The notes under the pieces: model-generated
What the model was told of the DNA's origin: nothing
What the model saw: the letters and a program-made list of their open reading frames with translations, nothing else
Database searches by the model: none
Source of the DNA: an uncultured Planctomycetaceae bacterium
GTDB taxonomy: Bacteria; Planctomycetota; Planctomycetia; Planctomycetales; Planctomycetaceae
Length of the DNA stretch: 64,000 nt
Direction: 5' to 3'
NCBI GenBank assembly: GCA_963815195.1
Contig: CAWFGE010000013.1
Span: forward strand, 1,088,001-1,152,000
Made by a program: the position numbers and the translations under genes
In this document: positions 49,492-60,159 of the stretch, piece by piece
How the letters are laid out: the number at the start of each line of letters is the position of its first letter
Numbering within the stretch: position 1 is the first letter of the stretch

Positions 49492-49656
49492 TCAGGATTC
49501 CCGCAGGCGGGCGCCGATGGTGAAGAGGATAATCCCCAACAGCAAAAGGCTCGGCATGTAAATCAGCGGGAACCCGAACTCCAACTGCCAGATGATGAGC
49601 ATCGGCAGAAAGATCAGCACCAGAAACTGAAGTCCCATTCCCAGGCGGTGGCGCAT
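49492..49656 (-). CDS. 54-aa two-TM small membrane protein
   Basis: My translation: MRHRLGMGLQFLVLIFLPMLIIWQLEFGFPLIYMPSLLLLGIILFTIGARLRES; 4 bp after the upstream stop. Confidence 0.65.
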   Translation of the reverse strand: MRHRLGMGLQFLVLIFLPMLIIWQLEFGFPLIYMPSLLLLGIILFTIGARLRES

Positions 49657-49660
49657 CGGA

Positions 49661-50419
49661 TCAGTCGAGCTTGAATTTGGAAACGGGGACTTTGATCGGA
49701 TCGAGCTTCTCGGTTTCGCCGGCGAAGATGTCGACCTTCATCGCGCGGTCGATGTAGCCCACCCGCTCGTGCCAGACGGTGAACGTATATTCGCCCTCGG
49801 GCAGGTTGTCGATTTTGAACTTGCCTTCGGAATCCGTCACCGCCACGTAAGGATGATCGACCACCACCCAGTAGGCCTTCATGTGGGGATGCAAATCGCA
49901 GTTCACGGGCATCGGCAGGAGCTCGCGCTCGCCGTATTTTATCGGAAAGCCTTCCCGGTCCTTGGGCTTGACGATGAAGTTCAACTCTTCGTTGATGAAC
50001 GGGTGCGTGTGCGTGTTGTGGTTGATCGGATCGTCCGATTTCACCAGCACTTCCTGATCCGTGCGGACGACGAGGATGTGCGGCTCGAACCGGCAGTTCT
50101 TCTGGTCGAAGACGACCTGTTTTTCCTTGGAGTCTTTGACCTTCGCGGGGATGTTCTCGGGGGCTTTTTTCAAATACACCACGACGTTCGCGATGCCCTT
50201 GGTTTTGGGATCGACGATCAACGTGTTCTCGGGCAGCTTTTTCGCGGCACAGACCGCGGCATCTTTGGTGATCGTGGGCGGCTTGATATCGGGAATCGCC
50301 CCGTCCAGCACGAATTGCCCGGAAAAGCCCCCGGTGTCCGCCGCCAAGGCTTCACCGGCGGGGACGGCCAAAACGACGCCGGCACCGAAGAGGGCCAGGC
50401 ACGATAACATCTTTCTCAT
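49661..50419 (-). CDS. Secreted cupredoxin-like / carboxypeptidase-regulatory-like domain protein
   Basis: Signal peptide; DQKNCRFEPH, HNTH, CDLHPHM, VWHE. Confidence 0.8.
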   Translation of the reverse strand: MRKMLSCLALFGAGVVLAVPAGEALAADTGGFSGQFVLDGAIPDIKPPTITKDAAVCAAKKLPENTLIVDPKTKGIANVVVYLKKAPENIPAKVKDSKEKQVVFDQKNCRFEPHILVVRTDQEVLVKSDDPINHNTHTHPFINEELNFIVKPKDREGFPIKYGERELLPMPVNCDLHPHMKAYWVVVDHPYVAVTDSEGKFKIDNLPEGEYTFTVWHERVGYIDRAMKVDIFAGETEKLDPIKVPVSKFKLD

Positions 50420-50712
50420 CAACACACCTCGAAAGGATTTGAGTGCGAGTTTTCGGATTGGATTCCGAAAACGGCGGGATACCAACAGGACGGACCTCGC
50501 ACGGACCGCCCGTTCGACAAACTTTTAGACTAGCAAGACCAATCCGGAAAATCGACCCGCACACGCCAAAAAATCGGCCCATCCGAGATTCCCACCGGCC
50601 TCAAAAGGGCTTTCTCGGCCCGGTGGCTTGCAAGCCGCGGGCGGGGATTCAAGAATGGGACTGCGTCTTGGAGGATTCATCTTTGAGAACATTAAAGCCG
50701 GGGAAACAGCCA

Positions 50713-51753
50713 ATGGCCACAGACAATTCCGCACGGGTCATCATCAGCGCATTCGCCGATGAAGCGGCCAACCACAAGACGGCGATCGAGCAACTCGCCG
50801 CGCTCGCCGCGATTGGATTGAGCTATTACAGCCCGCGGTTCGTCGATGTCACCGGCAGCGGGCAGGTCAAGCACGTCGTCGAGTTGAGCGATCATGAATA
50901 TGCCGCCCTGAAAACCCTCCACGCCGAGTACGGCATGCACGTCACCAGCATCGGCTCGCGGGTGGGCAAGGTGAAGCTGCTCGATCAGGACGACGGCTCG
51001 CACAACAAGTTCGTGCCCTTCGACAAATACCTGGAAACCGAAGTCGCCGCGACCATCCGCGCTGCATTGGCTTTGGACACCAAATTGATCCGCGGGTTTT
51101 CGTTTTATCATCCCCAAGGCACGGCTCCGGAAAAACACATCCCGCAGGCGGTCGATCAACTCGGAAAGATCGTCGATCTCTGCGCAAAAGAAGGTTTGGT
51201 TTATGGCCTGGAGATCGAACCCAATCTCGTGGGAGAAACGGGGCCGTTGCTCGCGGAACTTCACAAGCAAGTCGGCCGGGACAACATGGTGCTGATCTTC
51301 GACGGCGGCAACGTCGCGGCCCAGAACAAAAACCCGCTGATCTGCTACCAGGAATACACCACGATGCGCCCCGGCCTGGGTTGGATGCATATCAAAGATT
51401 ACGCCCGCCAGCCGGGCATCACCTGGACCGGCGACCGCGATTCCGCCGTCATCGATGAAGACAAGCTGAAGAACTTCGTGCCCGCGAACATCGGCGACGC
51501 CGGGCACGAACACGTCCTCCGGGACTTGAAACTCCACCTGCCGGCCCTCACCGAAAAGATGCAGAAGATGGGCGTGCCGGGCTTCTTTCTGGAAGTCGAG
51601 CCGCACCTCAAAGGGGGCGGGCAGTTCGGGGGCTTCAGCGGTCCCGACGGGATGGGCGTCGCCGTGCGTGCGTTGTGCCGGGTGCTGGATTACGTCGGCA
51701 TCGGTTATCATATTCGTGACTTCGGCGACATCCGCGAAGCCCGCGGCTTTTAA
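50713..51753 (+). CDS. Xylose-isomerase-like TIM barrel protein
   Basis: ISAFADE, IRGFSFY, GLEIE, WMHIKD, LEVEPHL. Confidence 0.85.
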   Translation: MATDNSARVIISAFADEAANHKTAIEQLAALAAIGLSYYSPRFVDVTGSGQVKHVVELSDHEYAALKTLHAEYGMHVTSIGSRVGKVKLLDQDDGSHNKFVPFDKYLETEVAATIRAALALDTKLIRGFSFYHPQGTAPEKHIPQAVDQLGKIVDLCAKEGLVYGLEIEPNLVGETGPLLAELHKQVGRDNMVLIFDGGNVAAQNKNPLICYQEYTTMRPGLGWMHIKDYARQPGITWTGDRDSAVIDEDKLKNFVPANIGDAGHEHVLRDLKLHLPALTEKMQKMGVPGFFLEVEPHLKGGGQFGGFSGPDGMGVAVRALCRVLDYVGIGYHIRDFGDIREARGF

Positions 51754-51770
51754 TTCCAGGAACTCCCGCC

Positions 51771-52028
51771 ATGCCCGCCTTCGATTACGACAACCTCAAA
51801 GACATCTTGCGCTGCCCCAATTCCTTATCGCCGCTGGTGCACGACGGCGATTCGCTCATCTGCATCGATCCCGAATGCCGATTGCAATACTCGATCATGG
51901 ACGGCATTCCCAACATGCTCGTCGATGATGCCAAAGAGTTGCCGGCCGATGAATGGCACGATTTGATGTCCCGCCACAACCTGTCCCCCACAACCGACAC
52001 CAGCGAAAACCACCTCGCGGACGATTGA
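51771..52028 (+). CDS. Trm112-like protein
   Basis: ILRCP..L..LIC..YSIMDGIPNML. Confidence 0.82.
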   Translation: MPAFDYDNLKDILRCPNSLSPLVHDGDSLICIDPECRLQYSIMDGIPNMLVDDAKELPADEWHDLMSRHNLSPTTDTSENHLADD

Positions 52029-52109
52029 GGACTTTCGGCGGGAGCGTTTCGCGAATCCAGCAAAACATCTATAATGATGGATGTTATTTGGATTCGCATG
52101 ATCGAGGAA

Positions 52110-54719
52110 ATGATGCTCAGAGTTTTTGCATTCAGCCTGGTTTCGGGGTTGTGTCTGGTGGCTTCGGTGCGGGCGGAAGCTCCAGAGGCTCCGCTGACGT
52201 TCGAAAAAGACGTGCAGCCGCTACTCAAAACGCATTGCCTGCATTGCCACGGCGAGGAAGAGGAACTGAAGGGCGGTTTGGATCTCCGGCTCAAGCGGCT
52301 GATGCTCAAGGGCGGGGATTCGAGCCCGGCGATTGTTCCCAAAAACGCGGCCGAGAGTTATCTGATCGAGCGGCTCCGCGCGGGCGAGATGCCGCCGGCC
52401 GATGCGGGCAAACCGCTTTCCAAAACAGAGATCGACCGCATCGCCCGCTGGATCGATGAAGGAGCCGCCACGCTGGCCCCGGAACCGGAGGACATCGGCC
52501 GCGGAATGTTGATCACTCCCGCCGACCGCCAGTTTTGGGCGTTCCAACCGATCCGCCGCCCGCCGGTGCCGAAAGTGAAACATCCCGAAGAGCCCGCCAA
52601 TCCGATCGACGCCTTCATCTTGAGCAAGCTCGAATCGCACGACTTGAGATTTTCGCCGGCCGCGGACCGGCGGACGTTGATCCGCCGGCTGTGTTTTGAT
52701 CTGTGGGGCCTGCCGCCCGAACCCGCTGCGGTCGAGGAGTTCCTCAATGACCCATCGCCGTTGGCTTGGGAAAATCTGATCGACCGGATGCTCGCCTCCC
52801 CGCGGTTTGGCGAGCGATGGGCCAGGCATTGGCTGGACGTCGCGGGCTACGCGGATTCGGAAGGCGCGACCAATGATGACGCCGAACGCCAATGGGCCTG
52901 GAAGTACCGCGATTATGTGATCCGCTCGTTCAACGAAGACAAGCCGTTTAACGAGTTCATCATCGAGCAGCTCGCCGGCGATGAGTTGGTGGAACTGCCC
53001 TCGAAGAATTTGACGCCCGATGAGATCGAAAAGCTGACCGCGACGGGGTTTTTGCGGATGGCTCCCGACGGCACGGCCTCTGCGGGCATTGACAAAGCCC
53101 TCGCTCAGAACCAGGTGATCGCCGACACGTTGGAGATCGTCACGGGGACGCTGTTGGGGCTGACGGTCAAATGTGCCCAATGCCACGAGCATCGTTACGA
53201 TCCCATCTCGCAAGCCGACTATTACGAGTTGCGGGCGGTGTTCGAGCCGGCCTGGAATTGGAAACAGTGGCGCACGCCGCCCAATCGGTTGATCTCGCTG
53301 ACGACCGACGCCGACCGCAAACGATCCACCGAGTTGGAAGCCGAGGCGAAACAGATCGACGAAGAGCGCCGGAAACGCCAAGACGAACTGATCGAAGCCG
53401 TGTTCGAGCGGGAGCTGAAGAAAGTCCCCGACGCCGACCGCGAAGCGATCGTCGAAGCGAGAAAGATTCCCGAAAAGAAACGCACGAAAGAGCAATCGGC
53501 CCTCTTGCGGAAATATCCGAACGTGAATGTCTCGGCGGGCTCGTTGTATCTTTACGACAAGAAAGCCGCCGATGAACTCAAGGACCTCGCGGCGAAGGCG
53601 AAAGCCGTCCGCGATCAGAAACCACAGTCCGAGTTCGTGCGGGCGCTCACGGAAACACCGGGGCAGGTGCCGGCGACGTTTTTGTTCCACCGGGGCGACC
53701 ACGAACAGCCGAAGCAACAACTCGCGCCCGCGGCCCTCACGATCCTCGCGCCTTACGCCCAGGACCATCCGCTGCCGGCGAACGACCCGGCCCGCAAAAC
53801 CACGGGCCGGCGGCTGGCGTATGCCCACTGGCTGACCTCGGGCGAGCATCCGCTGGTGTCGCGCGTGCTGGTCAACCGCATGTGGCGGCATCTCTTGGGG
53901 CGGGGCATCGTCGATACCCCCAGCGATTTCGGCCGGCTCGGCGATCGGCCCACGCACCCCGAGCTTCTGGATTGGCTCGCGACGGAGTTCGTCGATCGCG
54001 GCTGGAGTCAAAAGGAGTTGCTGCGGTTGATTCTCACGTCCCGCACCTATCGGCAAGCGCTGCGCACGGACCAGAAACATCAGGAACTCGATCCCGACAA
54101 CCGGCTGTTCGGCGGCGCGCGACTCCGGCGGGTGGAAGCGGAGGTCCTCCGGGACAGCATCCTCGCGGTCAGCGGGAAGCTCAACTCCAAGCCCTTCGGG
54201 CCCCCGGTGCCGGTGATGGCAGACCTGGTCGGGCAATGGGTCATCGGCATCGAAAACCTCAACGCCGGCCGCCCGGGTGCGGTGATTGATATGAACGGCG
54301 AGGAGTTCCGCCGCAGCATTTACGTGCAAGTTCGCCGCAGCCGCCCGCTCGCGGTTTTGGACACCTTCGACGCCCCGCGGATGGAGCCCCACTGCGAAGC
54401 CCGCAGCACCTCGACGGTCGCCCCGCAATCGCTGATGCTGATGAACGGCCCCTTCCCGCTCGAAGAGGCGAACCATTTCGCCGACCGCATCGTCCAAGAA
54501 GCCGGCGATGTTCCCGCCGCCCAGATCGAACTCGCCTGGAAACTCGTCTATTGCCGGGACCCCAATCCCACGGAGCAAGCCGATGCGATCGAGTTCCTCA
54601 CCGAGCAAACCGGGAAACTGAAAAACCGGGCCGACAAGAAAACCGATCCCGCGAAACTCGCCCTCGCGAGTCTGTGCCAGGTGCTCTTCGGCTCGAATGA
54701 GTTTCTTTATGTGGATTGA
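52110..54719 (+). CDS. Planctomycete cytochrome c plus DUF1549/DUF1553 (PSD1) protein
   Basis: CLHCHG, WARHWLDVAGYADS, CAQCHEH, PTHPELLDWLA. Confidence 0.92.
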   Translation: MMLRVFAFSLVSGLCLVASVRAEAPEAPLTFEKDVQPLLKTHCLHCHGEEEELKGGLDLRLKRLMLKGGDSSPAIVPKNAAESYLIERLRAGEMPPADAGKPLSKTEIDRIARWIDEGAATLAPEPEDIGRGMLITPADRQFWAFQPIRRPPVPKVKHPEEPANPIDAFILSKLESHDLRFSPAADRRTLIRRLCFDLWGLPPEPAAVEEFLNDPSPLAWENLIDRMLASPRFGERWARHWLDVAGYADSEGATNDDAERQWAWKYRDYVIRSFNEDKPFNEFIIEQLAGDELVELPSKNLTPDEIEKLTATGFLRMAPDGTASAGIDKALAQNQVIADTLEIVTGTLLGLTVKCAQCHEHRYDPISQADYYELRAVFEPAWNWKQWRTPPNRLISLTTDADRKRSTELEAEAKQIDEERRKRQDELIEAVFERELKKVPDADREAIVEARKIPEKKRTKEQSALLRKYPNVNVSAGSLYLYDKKAADELKDLAAKAKAVRDQKPQSEFVRALTETPGQVPATFLFHRGDHEQPKQQLAPAALTILAPYAQDHPLPANDPARKTTGRRLAYAHWLTSGEHPLVSRVLVNRMWRHLLGRGIVDTPSDFGRLGDRPTHPELLDWLATEFVDRGWSQKELLRLILTSRTYRQALRTDQKHQELDPDNRLFGGARLRRVEAEVLRDSILAVSGKLNSKPFGPPVPVMADLVGQWVIGIENLNAGRPGAVIDMNGEEFRRSIYVQVRRSRPLAVLDTFDAPRMEPHCEARSTSTVAPQSLMLMNGPFPLEEANHFADRIVQEAGDVPAAQIELAWKLVYCRDPNPTEQADAIEFLTEQTGKLKNRADKKTDPAKLALASLCQVLFGSNEFLYVD

Positions 54720-54798
54720 TTCCGCCAGGCGAGCGCAGGGCGTAAGCCCTATGATTCTTTCCGAAGTCAAAAAAGCAGTGTAAGAGGTCAACGCGATC

Positions 54799-56268
54799 AT
54801 GCAGGACATGAATTCCAGCCGCCGGCATTTTCTATCGAGCAGTTCTCTGGGTCTCGGCAGCGTCGCTCTCACTTGGATGCTGCATCGGGACGGTTTGCTC
54901 GCGGCCCCGAAGAAGCCGCCGTTGGAACCGGTCGTTTATGACACCTTGCCCAAGGAACCGCATCACGCGCCTGAGGCCAAGGCGATGATTTCGCTGTGGA
55001 TGCAGGGCGGGCCGAGCCATCTGGATCTGTTCGACCCGAAGCCCGGCATGGCGAAGTACGACGGCCAGCCGTTCCCCGGCCAGATCAAATATGACAACGC
55101 GGCCCAGGCGAGTTCCAAGGTCCTCGCGTCGCCTTGGAAGTTTTCGCCGCGAGGCGAGTCGGGCATCGAGATGTCGGAACTGATCCCCTACATCGCGGAC
55201 ATCGCGGACGAGATGACGTTGATCCGCTCGACCTACACCAGCGTCAACAACCACGGGCAATCGATCCGGGCTTTGAACACCGGCCGGATTCTCGCGGGCC
55301 GGCCGGCTCTGGGAAGCTGGCTTACCTACGGATTGGGGGCCGAGACCCAGAACCTGCCCGCATACGTCGCGCTCATCGATCCCGGCCAACTGCCGGTGTT
55401 GGGCGTCGAAAACTGGTCCAACGGCTGGCTGCCTTCGATTTATCAAGGCACGGTAGTCCGGCCGCAAGAGCCGCGGATCATGAATCTCGATCCGCCTGCG
55501 CACCTGCAAGGCGAACCGCAAGCAGAGGCACTCAACTTCCTCCAGAAATTGAACGAACGCCATCGCGAGCATCGCCCGGGACAGAATGATCTGGATGCGC
55601 GGATCGCCTCTTATGAACTCGCCGCGCGGATGCAACTCGCGGCGAAAGAGGCGCTCGATATTTCCAAAGAGTCCAAAGCCACGCAGAAACTCTACGGCAT
55701 GGACGACCCCGCCACGAAAGATTACGGTGCCCGCTGCCTGATCGCCCGGCGGCTGATCGAGCGGGGCGTGCGGTTCGTGCAGGTCTTTACGCAGAACCAG
55801 TTCTGGGATCATCACGGTTCGATTCTCAGCCGGTTGCCCGCGGCGTGCAAGAAGGTGGATCAGCCCTCGGCCGCTTTGGTCAAGGATCTCAAGAGCCGGG
55901 GACTTTTGGATTCCACCGTCGTCCATTGGGGCGGCGAGATGGGGCGGCTGCCCGTGATTCAAAACGACGCCGGCCGCCAGAAAATCGGCCGCGATCACAA
56001 CACCTACGGGTTTTCGATGTGGGTCGCGGGTGGCGGCTTCAAGCGGGGCTACGTCCACGGAGAGACCGACGACTTCGGCCATCACGCCGTGGAGAACAAG
56101 GTCAGCCACACCGATTACCACGCGACGCTGCTGCATCTCTTTGGCGTCGATCACGAAAAGCTCGCCTACCGCCGCAACAACCGCGAGCAAACGCTGACCG
56201 ACGGCGAAACTTGCCACATCGTTGCCGAGCTTTTAGAAAAGCCGCCCGCCGGGAGAAATCTGGCGTAG
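54799..56268 (+). CDS. DUF1501 protein (Tat signal)
   Basis: SRRHFL, MQGGPSHLDLFDPKP, GEMGR, GRDH. Confidence 0.92.
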   Translation: MQDMNSSRRHFLSSSSLGLGSVALTWMLHRDGLLAAPKKPPLEPVVYDTLPKEPHHAPEAKAMISLWMQGGPSHLDLFDPKPGMAKYDGQPFPGQIKYDNAAQASSKVLASPWKFSPRGESGIEMSELIPYIADIADEMTLIRSTYTSVNNHGQSIRALNTGRILAGRPALGSWLTYGLGAETQNLPAYVALIDPGQLPVLGVENWSNGWLPSIYQGTVVRPQEPRIMNLDPPAHLQGEPQAEALNFLQKLNERHREHRPGQNDLDARIASYELAARMQLAAKEALDISKESKATQKLYGMDDPATKDYGARCLIARRLIERGVRFVQVFTQNQFWDHHGSILSRLPAACKKVDQPSAALVKDLKSRGLLDSTVVHWGGEMGRLPVIQNDAGRQKIGRDHNTYGFSMWVAGGGFKRGYVHGETDDFGHHAVENKVSHTDYHATLLHLFGVDHEKLAYRRNNREQTLTDGETCHIVAELLEKPPAGRNLA

Positions 56269-56283
56269 CGCTGATTCAAGATC

Positions 56284-56368
56284 TTGGGTGGCACGCCCTG
56301 AGCGCAGCGAAGGGCGTGGTCTTTGCGATCGCCACGCCCTTCGCTGCGCTCAGAGTCTCGCCACCCAA
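56284..56368. repeat. Long intergenic palindrome (REP-like) between convergent genes
   Basis: CTGAGCGCAGCGAAGGGCGTGG / CCACGCCCTTCGCTGCGCTCAG. Confidence 0.75.
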
Positions 56369-56373
56369 AGTGG

Positions 56374-57660
56374 CTATCCCCAGAGGCCTTTGAGTTTCTG
56401 TTCGTCTTTGACCTTGAACGGAAACTTTTCACTGTGGGGATGCTTCTCGATGCCTGCCAGTTGGCGGAGGGCGATGTGGATGTGCTCGGGGCGGACGCGC
56501 ATGCCCTGGTCTTTATTTTGCGTGAGCGTTTTGGGATCGATGGGAATTGTGAACTGGCCTTCGTCCGTGCCGCCGATGACGCGGTTGCCCTTCACGCCCG
56601 GCCCCAAAAACATCACCGAGCCGATCGACCAGTGGTCCTTGCCGTCGCCTTTGTTGTAGTTCGGCGTGCGGCCCATCTCGCTTTGGAGCACCAAGACCAG
56701 CTTCTCGCGAATTTTGAGATCCTCGGCCCGGCGGAGCAGATAGTCGATGCTCGATAAGAACCGGGGCAGGAGTTTCATCTGATCCTCATCGTTTTTTTGA
56801 TGGCTGTCGAACTGGCCGATCGTCAAATTCGCCGACACGCACACGCCCGCCTTGAACGAGGCCAAGGCGATCTCCGCCTGCTGCGAAAGCGGATCCTTGG
56901 GGATGTCTTTCGGGATATGAGGCGTCACCCGCGCGAGGGCTTGCGAGTTCCACTGGGCGGCATAGAGCATGTTCTCCGCCCGCTCGCGGCGGGGCAACAG
57001 CGGCAAGGGTTCCCGGCGATCGTTTTGCTCGGCGAGGGCCTGCTCGATGCGGTCAGTCACAAACGGATCGTGATAGGGACTTCGGGCATTCCCGTGGACT
57101 CCATCGGCGTTCGCCAGAAGCTTGAGCGAAGGGATATAAGGCACGCGGGCCATTGCCACGAGATTCCCCGTCGCCGAGTAGTTGCCGAAGGTCAAAAACG
57201 CCAGCGGGCAGTTCTTGCCCCGGCACGCCGCGACCAAGGCGGCAAACGTGGGATAGGCGAGGCTGTCGAGATTGCCCGTGGCCATGTACCGGCTGCACGG
57301 CGAGTGGTTGTTGACGGAATAATCGAGGCCATTGAGCACCAGAAGTTCCTTCGCGTACTTGGCGAAGAAATCCTCGTTGCTCATGCCTTCGGAAACATGC
57401 TTCGCGGTGGGGGCGAAGCGGATCTCGCCTTCGGTGAGGATGTCGCCTTCTTGATACAGCCGATTGATCCCGCCCACGCCTTTGGGATCCATGAGGTAGG
57501 TCGTATCCCAGCCGCCGGACGCGTTGCAGACGATATAGTAAGGGCCTTCGTAAACCGGCAGGTCTTTATCCTCTTCGGCCCGGCCGATCTTCGGAAAACT
57601 TCCGGGCACGGCCAAACCGAGCCCGGCGGCTGCACACCACTTCAGAAAATCTCGCCGCAT
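56374..57660 (-). CDS. DUF1501-like protein (Tat signal)
   Basis: MRRDFLK, ASGGWD, FDSH, SEMGRTP, GKDHW. Confidence 0.85.
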   Translation of the reverse strand: MRRDFLKWCAAAGLGLAVPGSFPKIGRAEEDKDLPVYEGPYYIVCNASGGWDTTYLMDPKGVGGINRLYQEGDILTEGEIRFAPTAKHVSEGMSNEDFFAKYAKELLVLNGLDYSVNNHSPCSRYMATGNLDSLAYPTFAALVAACRGKNCPLAFLTFGNYSATGNLVAMARVPYIPSLKLLANADGVHGNARSPYHDPFVTDRIEQALAEQNDRREPLPLLPRRERAENMLYAAQWNSQALARVTPHIPKDIPKDPLSQQAEIALASFKAGVCVSANLTIGQFDSHQKNDEDQMKLLPRFLSSIDYLLRRAEDLKIREKLVLVLQSEMGRTPNYNKGDGKDHWSIGSVMFLGPGVKGNRVIGGTDEGQFTIPIDPKTLTQNKDQGMRVRPEHIHIALRQLAGIEKHPHSEKFPFKVKDEQKLKGLWG

Positions 57661-57671
57661 CGCGCGGTCCT

Positions 57672-59999
57672 TTATTCGTAGAGGAAATCTTGCTGACGCA
57701 GTAAATAAGTCACCACCGCCCGCCAGGCCCGGATGGTGTAATGCGGATCGGGATCGCGCGGGCCTTCCTGCGGGCTGCTTTTGCAGTAGTAGCTTTCGGT
57801 TTGCTCGAACTTCCCGCGGTCGTGGGCTTCTTTCACGATTCCCGCGAACAAGCCGTAGGTCTGGTCGACGTCGGGGCCGTCGGGTTTGTCCTCCCGGCCC
57901 AAAATGTGCCGGTGCAGATGCACGATCGCCGCCCGGATGTTTTGCTCCGCCTGTTTGTGGTCGCCGGGGACCACGCCCGGTTCGATGCCGGGGAACAATT
58001 GGCGGTCCTTCGCCGGCAGGGCGAAGTCGGCGGCGACGTTTTTGCACGCGACATCGTTCGCCATGATCCGCTGAAGCGCCCCGATGGCTCCGCTGGGTTC
58101 GGTCAAACGTTCGGTGACTTCCTGCGAGTCGATGCCTCCGTACAAGATGGCGTAGCTGTCGTTCAATCGGCCCCAAGGCTTGCCGAAGACCGCGACGATC
58201 TTTCGCTCGATCTGCTCGGGGCTGAGCATCCGCACGACGCCGATGTCTTCGAGTTCCGCGAGACGCTCCGGGTCATTGGCGGCGATCTTCAAACCGTCGG
58301 CCCGGTAAAACGGCGAGTCGGTCAGCTCCTGAAAGACGACTTTCAAATTAAAATTCTCCCGCGCGAACCGTTCGGCCGCGCGCTCGATGACTTCCCGCTG
58401 TGCCCGGTACGCCCGCCGTTTGGCCGCGAAGTGCGGATCGTCGATGTCCTCCGGCGGCAGCAGAACATTTCGGCCCATGAGGATGTAATACACGTGTTCG
58501 GTCATCGCAATCGCGAACCGCGGATCGGAAACCGTTTTCTTGCCCAACCATTGTAGCGCCCGCCGGCGTTCGGATTCGGGCAGATCAATCCCTTCACGGC
58601 CGGGGCCGAACATGTCGGTAAACCAGCCGTCCTTTCGCGGGCCGTAGTGTCCCTGGTCGTTGTAATAGTCTTGAAAGAGACCCGCGATGGGGTCGATGAC
58701 TTTATGGCAGACCACGCACTCGGCGGCCTGCATGGTGGGGATTTCGTACTTGGCATCGATCGCGGCCGCGTCGCCGACGCGCGGGGCGAGGCTCATGATG
58801 TCCACGCCCAGGAAATGCTGGTAATACATCCGGGCCCTGAGGCGGTTGCGGTTGGTTTCGGTCGTGGGATACCGGCGGAGGTACTGAAACATCGTCAGCA
58901 ATCCCGCGTGCGGGTAGTTGCCATCCTCGGTCGGTTGCACTTTGCCGTTCCGGCTCTTGAGGGCTTTGACCTTGGCGGGGATGTATTCGAACGGAGCCTC
59001 CGGGTCTTGGAATTGATCTTTCAAATCGTCGTAAAGCCCGTAGCCCCGCGCGGTATAGGGAGAGATCATTGTGTAGTCGGCGGTGAGGATTTCCGTGAAG
59101 GGCCGGTCGTTCTTGACGATATACCTGATGAGTTCCAAGGGCTCCCGGCGGAGGGCATCGCGGTATTCCCTGGCCAGTTTGTAGCGGGCCTGCTGGCGTT
59201 CTTTTTCGGGGAGATGGTCGAGGCTGTGCTTCTGATACCAATGCCGGGTTTTCTCGAAGTGGTCGTAGGAGAGAGCATCATCGCCCAAGCCGTTGTAGCC
59301 CAGCGTGAGGAAGATGTCGTTAAAGCCTTCCATCAGGCGTTCTTCAAAGGCCTCTTCCCGCATGATGGCATCGAGGAGTTTGGGAAACGCCTTGAGTCCT
59401 TGATTTTCCATCGCCTTTTGTTCTTCTTCGGTGGGCAGCCGGGCCGCGAGCGAAAGCGTCACCCGCCGCAAGAGCCGCTGGTCGGAAATCATCTCCACGC
59501 CGTCGAAGAAGGATTCCGTGTCGTCGGCGAACAAGGCACCCGCCGCCGGCTTCGCGGAGTTGTCTTCCAGGCTGCGGACGAAATCCTCGAGCACGCGGAA
59601 CTCCGTGGAGTCGGCTTTCACCACTTCGCCGCCGCCGTGGTCCAAGCCGCCGGTGGCTTTGACCAAAATGCGAGCCCGGCCGTCTTTCTCTTTGGTGCGG
59701 GCCATCTTGGTGAAGGCGGCACAGTTTTGGATCATCGCCCCGGCCCGCTCGGCTGCCGGCACTCGGGAGATGTCATTCAACAGAAACTCGCTGCCCGACG
59801 CATCGCCCTCGGCCACGTGGCATTTGATGCAGGTTCGCTCGGCGACTTTGATCCAGGCCTCGTGAAATCGGCTTGCTCCGAAACACGCGGGAGCCTCCTT
59901 GGCCGGGGCTTTCTCGGCACGAGCGGCGGAACTCTCCGCCGCCGGCAGGTTGCCCCATGCCAGACTGCAGAGCAAAAACGAAAGACATGTTCGAGTCAT
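57672..59999 (-). CDS. Secreted c-type cytochrome, DUF1588/DUF1592-like
   Basis: CIKCH and CVVCH heme motifs; HAGLLT..RYPTTETNRNRLRA. Confidence 0.8.
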   Translation of the reverse strand: MTRTCLSFLLCSLAWGNLPAAESSAARAEKAPAKEAPACFGASRFHEAWIKVAERTCIKCHVAEGDASGSEFLLNDISRVPAAERAGAMIQNCAAFTKMARTKEKDGRARILVKATGGLDHGGGEVVKADSTEFRVLEDFVRSLEDNSAKPAAGALFADDTESFFDGVEMISDQRLLRRVTLSLAARLPTEEEQKAMENQGLKAFPKLLDAIMREEAFEERLMEGFNDIFLTLGYNGLGDDALSYDHFEKTRHWYQKHSLDHLPEKERQQARYKLAREYRDALRREPLELIRYIVKNDRPFTEILTADYTMISPYTARGYGLYDDLKDQFQDPEAPFEYIPAKVKALKSRNGKVQPTEDGNYPHAGLLTMFQYLRRYPTTETNRNRLRARMYYQHFLGVDIMSLAPRVGDAAAIDAKYEIPTMQAAECVVCHKVIDPIAGLFQDYYNDQGHYGPRKDGWFTDMFGPGREGIDLPESERRRALQWLGKKTVSDPRFAIAMTEHVYYILMGRNVLLPPEDIDDPHFAAKRRAYRAQREVIERAAERFARENFNLKVVFQELTDSPFYRADGLKIAANDPERLAELEDIGVVRMLSPEQIERKIVAVFGKPWGRLNDSYAILYGGIDSQEVTERLTEPSGAIGALQRIMANDVACKNVAADFALPAKDRQLFPGIEPGVVPGDHKQAEQNIRAAIVHLHRHILGREDKPDGPDVDQTYGLFAGIVKEAHDRGKFEQTESYYCKSSPQEGPRDPDPHYTIRAWRAVVTYLLRQQDFLYE

Positions 60000-60159
60000 G
60001 GAACATCCTCGTGCGAGTTTGGAACCTAAACCCTAGTTTACCCAGCCGCTCGGCAACGCAAAAGGGATGTCCGATCTGAGATTTCATTGCGAAGCCGCGG
60101 GCCTTGGGGCAAAATGATCGGAATGGTTTGGCTTCCTTGAAAATTTGGGAGGACGTTCG

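Noticed and set aside
52221..56217. Long minus-strand ORFs (883 and 461 aa)
   Set aside because: Antisense shadows of the PSD1 and DUF1501 genes, typical of high-GC DNA.
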